From the NCBI GenBank assembly GCA_964016885.1, contig OZ024740.1, positions 349,432,001 through 349,496,000 of the forward strand: a stretch of DNA of 64,000 nt. The letters run 5' to 3'. Source of the DNA: Eledone cirrhosa (Eukaryota). The notes beneath the pieces are model-generated. The model was given only the letters and a program-made list of their open reading frames with translations, ran no database searches and was not told the DNA's origin. Of this stretch, positions 56,087 through 64,000 are shown in pieces. A program made the translations under genes and the position numbers. Each line of letters begins with the position of its first letter. Position 1 is the stretch's first letter.

Positions 56087-57290
56087 TGAATTTCTCTAGA
56101 CTGGAAAGTTCTGAGAATCCAGGAACATTTCCTGCGGGCCAAGTCAACTTTGGTGTTTATGTGAGTTTTCCAGCTTAAGTTGTTGTCAACAATTACTCCA
56201 AGGTCTCTGGTGTTGTTTGATGCCATGAGGGTGCCATCTGAGGGAAGAGGATATTTTAATTTCAATGCAACCTTTTTTCCAAAGTGGATTAATTCAAATT
56301 TATCCTCGTTTAGTAGCATATGATGTTTGAAGTAATGAAGTGTCATGGACGCAACACAGTGCCTTGTGGGACTCCACTACTGACTTCAATTGTGTTTGTC
56401 GTATTCCTTCGACCATAACATGCTGGAATCTGTTTGTCGGGAATCATTTAAACCATTGCAGTACGTTTTCACAGACTTCAATTCTGGGGAGTTTCTTCAA
56501 CAGGATGTTGTGATCGATGTGAGAGGCGAGGGAGATCGAATAATAATTCACTGCAAGGGACTTGTTCTCCTTTTTGAAAGCTGGGACGACAGACTAGAGC
56601 AGGAAATGTTCAGGGATATAGCCTGCTTCAAGTGTGCTTCTCTTAAGATTAACAAGAGGAACTGCAAGTTGATGTCGGCAATTCTTCAGAACACTAGCAG
56701 GGAACCTATCGGGGCCTACTGTTGTGTTGTGCTTGATTTTGTTTATTGCCGCTAATATATCAGCGATGGTAAACATTATGTCAGATATAGTGAGTTGCAG
56801 GGTTACATCACTGATCCGGTCCAGATCTACCATATCCGGATTACTGAAAACAGCAGTATTGTGTCTGCAGTGTCTCAGTCATGGTTTTAGCATTATCATG
56901 GAAGGTGTTACTTTCATCAACCAGAAGGCCAACAGTTGAGGCAGGAGATCATATGTTTTGGGGGGAAAGGAAAAGAACCTGGTTGAGCTGAATGGTCCAG
57001 TCTTCCTCAGCTTTTCTTTGGTTATGGATGATCGTCTTCGTGTTACTTTGGAGGTTATGTTGCTTTTTATTGAAGCATTGCAATAGCAGTGGAATGTATG
57101 TGCTGCTGCTATTGGTAGTATTTTTGATTGTTTATTTTTGGTTGGTTATTTTTATTGTTCTAATAATAGTTCTGTTTCTGGCAATTCTGCACTTAGTTTT
57201 GTTCACAGATCTTGTTGGGGCATGTGTTGCACATATATTTGTAACGGTGTCTGCAAATATCTGCCAAGATGGTAAAATGTTGGTGGAGGT
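56087..57290 (-). pseudogene. Degraded CR1/L2/Jockey-group LINE fragment
   Basis: GPDRFPASVLKNC..LAVPL..IPE, LNEDK, TRDLGVIVDNNLSWKTHI. Confidence 0.75.
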
Positions 57291-57599
57291 AATGCGCGTG
57301 CGCGCGTGTATGTGTGTGTGTGAAAAGCCAGTCAACATGTGAAAGATCGTGAATTATTGGATCCCAGTTTGTATTATGAAGATCTATGTCATTAAATGGA
57401 TGAGCTCTGGAGAGGTTATTTTGTTAAACTGGTGGAATTTTAAATTACAGATAACCATCTGAATGGTCTGAGAAGAGGGCTTTTCTATTGCAGTATTGTG
57501 AAATGTGTTTGTGTGGTTAGTAAACACAAGACCTTCATCCGATCTGTACTGTGTTCAAATCTAGTCATAAGGCACCTATTGGCATCTATTGTAATGTCC

Positions 57600-58985
57600 A
57601 TTTTCCTTAAAATATAAGATGTTAAAAGGTATTTAAATATTGCATAACATGATTTTAAAATATATATTTAGAATATCTAAATACATAAAGTAATAAAGAA
57701 AACAATAAAAGAAATGTATTCTACGAAAATTATAAAACATTTACAGAACTTTAGTATATACAATGTTTTTAACTTTTCTATTTGGGGTTTATATGAAGAG
57801 TTTGTGGGGGCGTCCTACTCTAGAACAACCTACATACTATTGACCATGTGAGAAACAACCCTCTTCTAGATGGAGACCGACAACCTACAGTGTTTGACCT
57901 TGGGGCTAGTTGATGGTCATTGCATAACTAACTCTCACTGGGAATTGCAATAATTTGAAATGAAAGGGCACATCTGTTGGTATTAGCGGTATTCTAGATA
58001 TAAATACAATGTATCCCTTACTACATCCAGTGAGGAGATTGTCTTCGATAATGTGAGGCTGTAGTTCGGTCACAACCATATACGTCCCATTGAAGAATCT
58101 TGGCTGATCCAAGTTTCTGAGAAACATGATGACTGCGCCCTTCTTCAATTCCAGGTTGCTTGGTAGCTGTTGGTTTTTAAAATGCGTTTGGTGATATGTG
58201 GCCACAAAGTTCTTGATGATTTTAGGCAAGCTCAAACTTCCTCGGGACGAGTCCCATTTGATCTTCCTTGTTTCCACCGGTTCCACTTACCTCTCTGGTT
58301 TATCAAAGTTGTAGTAGGATGGTATTCTTCCGTATAAGAGGGTTCGTACAAATTTCAGAATATGCTAGCAATGCTGTCTTTCTTGGTGCTAGGGCTTGTT
58401 GGGCTACATTTTGATCTGTAAAATATACTCGTTGTCCATTTTCCAAATAGAAATCAATTTTTGCACCGGTGGTAATGGGCCAGAACTGAGAATCCATGAA
58501 TACGCCAGAATGCTTCGTTACTGCTGATATATGATCTGTGTTGGAAGTTGGACACTTCGTCGGATATATTTCGTTGTTGTAGCGTAAACATAGCAGGATC
58601 GGAACCCATGTTGACGCATTTGCGCACATACTTTATATGTTCCCCCTCTCTCCGACCCCCACCCCATATTTTCGGGAAGGGGGGCAGTCGATTGCAAGCA
58701 TGTCGGAGGTCAGATTAATTGAAAACTCTCGAAAAAACCTTGGAAAATAAAAATGTCTTCGCGATCCCGAACGGGTGCTTTTGTGTAAATTTAAATGGCT
58801 GAAATGTGCTTCACTCAACTCCGAAGATTCCCCTCCCTTCACGTCTCCATTTTCGGAAAAAAGAGTCGTTGGCGAATGTCTCAGATGTCAGATCGGTCGA
58901 AAACAAACGAAAAACCTATAAAAGAAAATTTTATTTAGTGTTATGAACGGTCAACATACAAACAAACTTCCTTTTTATAAATGTC
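57600..58985 (-). mobile_element. Internally deleted Helitron remnant with PIF1-like helicase C-terminus
   Basis: LELKKGAVIMFLRNLD...NGT, RIPLIPTDVPFHFKLLQFPVRVSYAMTIN, QGQTL, FSHGQ, YLENGQRVYF. Boundaries are approximate. Confidence 0.82.
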
Positions 58986-59052
58986 CTTTCCGAGGGCATT
59001 TAATCGTCTCACGCCGGCTCTGCTTTCACTGTTGTAAATATTCTCGATTATA

Positions 59053-59120
<68 letters not shown>

Positions 59121-59574
59121 ACAAAGAAAGTGTGGTAAGGAACCAGGTGAACCATAACGCACCAGAGTACTCGATACTTAGGTAGTAGAGTGTGTAATAG
59201 GAAAAGAGTATATAATATATATATATATTGATGTTGATTTAGTTATTAATATTAATATTATTGGGCACCCACTGAAGATTTGTAAGAGCCCACTTGCATA
59301 AGAATCCATTGATCTTACACAAGTTTCTACATAATTTGGTATAATTTCACCCACCATTTAGAAATCTTACAATGAAGCGATTCGTTTGGGAAATGAGTTA
59401 TTTATTATCTCATATAAAATAATACAGCCAATTATCCACACAATTATCCACACAATACAATATAGTTAGCACTCCAAACGTTTAATTGGGAATATACTCC
59501 GGCATTTCCTAATGTTTGTTGAGTGAGTTGGAAATTGGGCGAAGTATCGCTAATAGCTTTCTCCGTTTATGTAG

Positions 59575-59658
<84 letters not shown>

Positions 59659-59832
59659 GTATGTATGTATACGTACATACATATATGTATACAGACGTAC
59701 AGTAGTTTCTAGCAGCTCGTCCCTCAGACACCACTGGTTTACTGTCCTATGCACGCTGTAACATCTCTCTGCCGCGTGTTGCAGGATGGTTATCTTATAC
59801 TTTCTTAGAGTTGTCTGGAATGTATTTGCCTT

Positions 59833-59915
59833 ACACACGCTGATGAACCATAGGCGCTTCCATTTCAGTCAATAATTTCTTGGCGAAACAGATCTATTCT
59901 GATTTGTACGTGTGT
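59833..59915 (+). ncRNA. Full type I hammerhead ribozyme (copy of 48438-48520)
   Basis: Same core and stems; predicted cut after 59908. Confidence 0.82.
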
Positions 59916-60137
59916 TATATAGTTATAGAGGTGCGTATGCGCATTTTAATTTATATTTTTAATTATTGTGTCTACCCTGCCTTCCCTGTGGTTTCCCTGT
60001 TTTATTGATGGCACACGCTCTCTCTATCTCTAGAGTGTTACCCCTTCTACATATTGTATTTTAAAGAGTTCAGGATTCCTTTGAGCACATAATTTACAGG
60101 GAATAACGAGAATCTATGGCTCTGTTAATTTATCTTG

Positions 60138-60233
<96 letters not shown>

Positions 60234-60254
60234 GGGGGGGGGGGTGGGGGGAGG

Positions 60255-60314
<60 letters not shown>

Positions 60315-61583
60315 TTATCCAATAGAATGGACACAGCTTCGGTCGTTTCCTCACTCACTCAACAATTTAATTAAGTCTGAATTATTAAAATTCGAACCCA
60401 ACCGATTACATTATACACTTAAATGTTAAGCAGTGAGGCAGATGACTTCGTATGGGTAGGACATTTGAGTTACCTGGATTATACACTTAAATGTTAAGCA
60501 GTGAGGCAGATGACTTCGTATGGGTAGGACATTTGAGTTACCTGGACCGATGCACCAGTTTCTGCGATTTCGATCTGCCGGTGGTGGTCCGAATAGAACC
60601 GCCATGTGTAGAAATTAGGTAATGTTAGTATATATTACGTATTTATGAAATAACCGTTTCGTCAGCGGGGGTTTGCCTCCATGGTCATGGAAAGTTCCGT
60701 ATGGCTATCCAGCAACAAATGAAATGTTAAATCGTTTGTTGCACACTGTCATCATACCAATATTATATACCTATGACTCATACACACACACCCTATCCTT
60801 CACGCATATATACTCTCTTTCTCCTCCTTTCTCGCGTTCTCTCCCTCTCTCCTCCTCTCTCTCCCTTCCCCCTCTCCCCTTCTCTCTTTCTCTCCCTCTC
60901 TCTCAAAACGGATCCTACCTCATTAAATGTGATAACACAAAAGATTAAGAGACATTAATATTATTATCCTTTACGTTCTGATTTAAAATCCTGCTGACGT
61001 TAGCTTTGCCTTTCATTTTTACACGGTCGATAAAATAAAATACCAGTAATGCACTGAGGTCGATTAGGTCGACTTTCCCCTTTCCCAGAATTTTTTGGCC
61101 TTGTGCCTAAATCAGAAACCAATATTATTTTCCTCATTCTAATAACCAATCATGGGTTTACTAATTCATTAAATACTCGTAAGGGGATTCAACAAGGTTC
61201 TGGAAATGTTATTAATCCCAAGGGTTTTCTAATTTCTTGTAATCTTTATCGCATTACTGAATTACTTGTTAGATGTGATCAGCAATGTTTGTGGCGTTAT
61301 TACATTTCTGATTGTTGGATAACTAATTAGAATGCCAATTAACAAGCCGACAGGCTTACAGAACCAAGTATTTAGGCTTCAGAATTAGTAGAAGACTTCA
61401 GATTGTTGGTTATCGATGTCACTTACACGTTCCACACATACACGCAGTCGATACGGCAGATCTCACGTTTTGCTTGAGAATGCCAACTTGATTTTCTCAT
61501 TACACTTTCCCAGTAGGGGCGCTTGGACAAAAAAAATATTATTTCCGATTCATTGTACTTTTCAATTGCATTGAATGTTTTTG
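60315..61583 (+). repeat. Partner of the 52041-53242 duplication, with an internal 68 bp tandem duplication
   Basis: ATTATACACTTAAATG...TACCTGG occurs at 60410 and 60478. Confidence 0.93.
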
Positions 61584-62557
61584 CATATTAACTGCAAGTG
61601 AAGTCATTCTTTTCCTTTTTTCAAAATATACCTAACTGTACCAACGATCTCACGCATATTCCCATATATATATATATATATATGCCATTGCCAAGTTCTT
61701 TCCCCCCCCCCCCCCCCCCCTTGCACCATAAACAGCTGCTTAGTTGGCCTAAGTGTGTTTGTTTTATGTTGTCAAGTTGTCAATATAACTTACGTGACTC
61801 TATCATAGCGTAATTATTTGATTAACTTGTGATCTCGCATCAAATCACTTGCCAAATAAATATCAAATTTGTTATACGAAAACTGAATGAAAAGCAAACA
61901 ATGCAAGGGAATTAACTTTAGTAATTGTTTAAAGAGTAATCGCCCTTGTAAAATGCTTCTTGCTGTAATACATCAATATTTTGTTGTCAATTATTACGTG
62001 GAGAGTAATTGTAGCGGAGCACTGTGTGACAATTCAGTTAAATAGGCGTTGGTAGTGAAAAGGTTGGGAACATATCTATTTATAAGGGAATTTCCTTTCT
62101 TTGATTCATCAAAGTGACATTATTGAAAAAATGAGAGGAACAAATTCGTTTAAAAAGAATTTTAAAAACAGACCCTAAAATATGTTTTTTGTGCTATTTC
62201 CAACTTCACCTTTTCTCTATATCCACTGTTTTGTATAGAACATTACTTCCCTTTTCTAATATATATATGATGTGAGAAAAACCACAGACCCTCCATCTCA
62301 ACTCTACTTTTGAAAATCAGAAGAACTGCGAAACCAGTAAAGGAACCAAATAAATATTTTAAATAAGACTCCAGTTGCATTTTCGATTTCATCTTTCTTT
62401 CTTTATACTTTCACTCGTGTAGGACACCTCGGTTATTTTTCATTTTTAAAAAAAAAACCTCACTTTCTAATATATATATATATATAGTGGTAGAACACTG
62501 GAAGGTAATATCCGTAGGGTAGAAGTGGTTACACAACAGTTAGTTGTATAACCATGT

Positions 62558-62607
62558 CCATTACGAGCTGAGGATCCGCTAAGGTGAAACAATTGTTCTC
62601 GGTATGG
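62558..62607 (+). ncRNA. Minimal type I hammerhead inside a long hairpin
   Basis: CGAG-CTGAGGA-TCC-GCTAA-GGT-GAA-ACAATTGT-T-CTCG. Outer arms GGTTACACAACAGTTAGTT/AACTAACTGTTGTGTAACC span 62527-62628. Confidence 0.82.
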
Positions 62608-62634
62608 TTAACTAACTGTTGTGTAACCTAACCA

Positions 62635-62700
<66 letters not shown>

Positions 62701-62827
62701 AAAGTTTTATTTAAAATTGTTGGGTTACAACAAGTAAATATTTTATAACTGATATAAAGCACTCAACAAGTTTTGGAGTAGATATACGATATTAAACAAA
62801 TGGAAACTATATTTATAAAACCATATT

Positions 62828-62893
62828 TATTTCATTATGCATATTTCAGGGATACCATATTAAAAATATGGCATGCCTTCTTCAGATAAAATA
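62828..62893 (-). ncRNA. Type I hammerhead ribozyme motif
   Basis: Stem I TATTTTAT/ATGAAATA, core CTGAAGA, long stem II, GAAA, palindromic TATGCATA, triplet AUA. Confidence 0.78.
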
Positions 62894-64000
62894 CAATATA
62901 TAAGCAGTTTTATAAATAAATTTGACGTACCATAAATATTGATCAACTTCCATGTGCGAAGTTGGTTTGGTAGTGAGATGTTTATAAATATTTAGTGTTA
63001 AGCACAGTTAGAAAGAAAGACGGAGAAAAGGAAGAAGTGTATGTAAAGAAAAATAGAGAGAGATAGAGAGAGATAGGGGAGAGAGAAATAGTGAGGAGGT
63101 GAAAAATGAGAGGCAGCTGAGGCAACAGATGAATAATAATAGTTCATCATACAAATTGAGAGAATTAGGAGGGAGGGAGTACTGTAATTATTTATTTATT
63201 TATTTAGTTATAGTGTTAAGGAGACGGAGAGAAATAAAAAATAAATAAAGAGAAAACAGAGAGGTAGAGAAAGATAGAGGTGGGAGGAAAAATAGGTAGA
63301 CCGAATAATAATAATTATATATGGGGAGGTGAGAGAAATAGGAGAGAAGTAAGAGAGAAAACAATAGAGAAGCTCGAGAGGCAAATTTCATCATGTATAG
63401 AGGGAGGAGAAGAAAGAGCTATATCTAGAGAGAGGATGATATATTTACAACTTTACGTTATGTCCTATCAATTTGAATTATCAATTCATATGAATTGGGT
63501 ATTATAATGTAAATATCAATATTCATGAATGAGACATAGATATATAATGTGTGAAAAATAATGACCATATGTTTAGTTTAAAAATTCTTAGGTCGATGTA
63601 CCAAAAACTGAGATAAAAACCTCAAAAAATACGGAAATACATAAGTATATATGTACTTTCCGGAAAAAGAAAGAAAGAGAAAAAGAGAAGGTCTTCTCAA
63701 GTTCTAGTTGACACTATAGACATACCCGTGGAACTTACGTGATCATCTCTGTAATTTCTTATTTCACATGAAAAAATTTTCCCTTGCGTTATAAAAGATT
63801 TTACTATATATATATACATACATACATACATATATATAAAAAAATATATATTAATATTAATATTCCTGCCCTCACATACATGATTATCGTTCATGTATAG
63901 AATATTATGCATATCTGTAACATATCCAGAACCATAGCCACACATACATATATATATATATGCGTGCGCACATAATATGTACATGGACAGATAAATAAAC

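Noticed and set aside
57906-58286. Host PIF1 helicase gene
   Set aside because: It is stop-interrupted, intronless and adjacent to a Helitron-type motif, so it is a transposon remnant.

Overview
Repeat-saturated, AT-rich animal DNA with no recognisable host gene. The SINE families and microsatellite load suggest a cephalopod such as Octopus; this is inference only. (1) An RTE-clade LINE encoding APE + RT + three C-terminal C2H2 fingers is present as one intact copy (ORF 23270-19725, 1181 aa), a disrupted near-full copy (602-4850), a 5'-truncated copy, a lone 5' leader, and two kinds of non-autonomous 5'+3' derivatives. (2) A ~14 kb block (16601-30857) looks like a (CATA)n/(TATG)n microsatellite filled with head-to-tail insertions of two unrelated non-LTR clades: RTE (APE) on the minus strand and R4/Dong-like (RLE) on the plus strand. 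(3) Penelope-like (GIY-YIG) remnants occur with at least 14 hand-foldable type I hammerhead ribozyme motifs from several sequence families. (4) A complete non-coding LTR element has TSD, tRNA-Trp PBS and PPT (38958-41064). (5) Also present: Helitron remnants, tRNA-derived SINEs, older LINE fragments, many fold-back palindromes beside (TA)n, and a 1.2 kb near-identical duplication. All calls come from motif reading and manual base-pairing; no searches were run.
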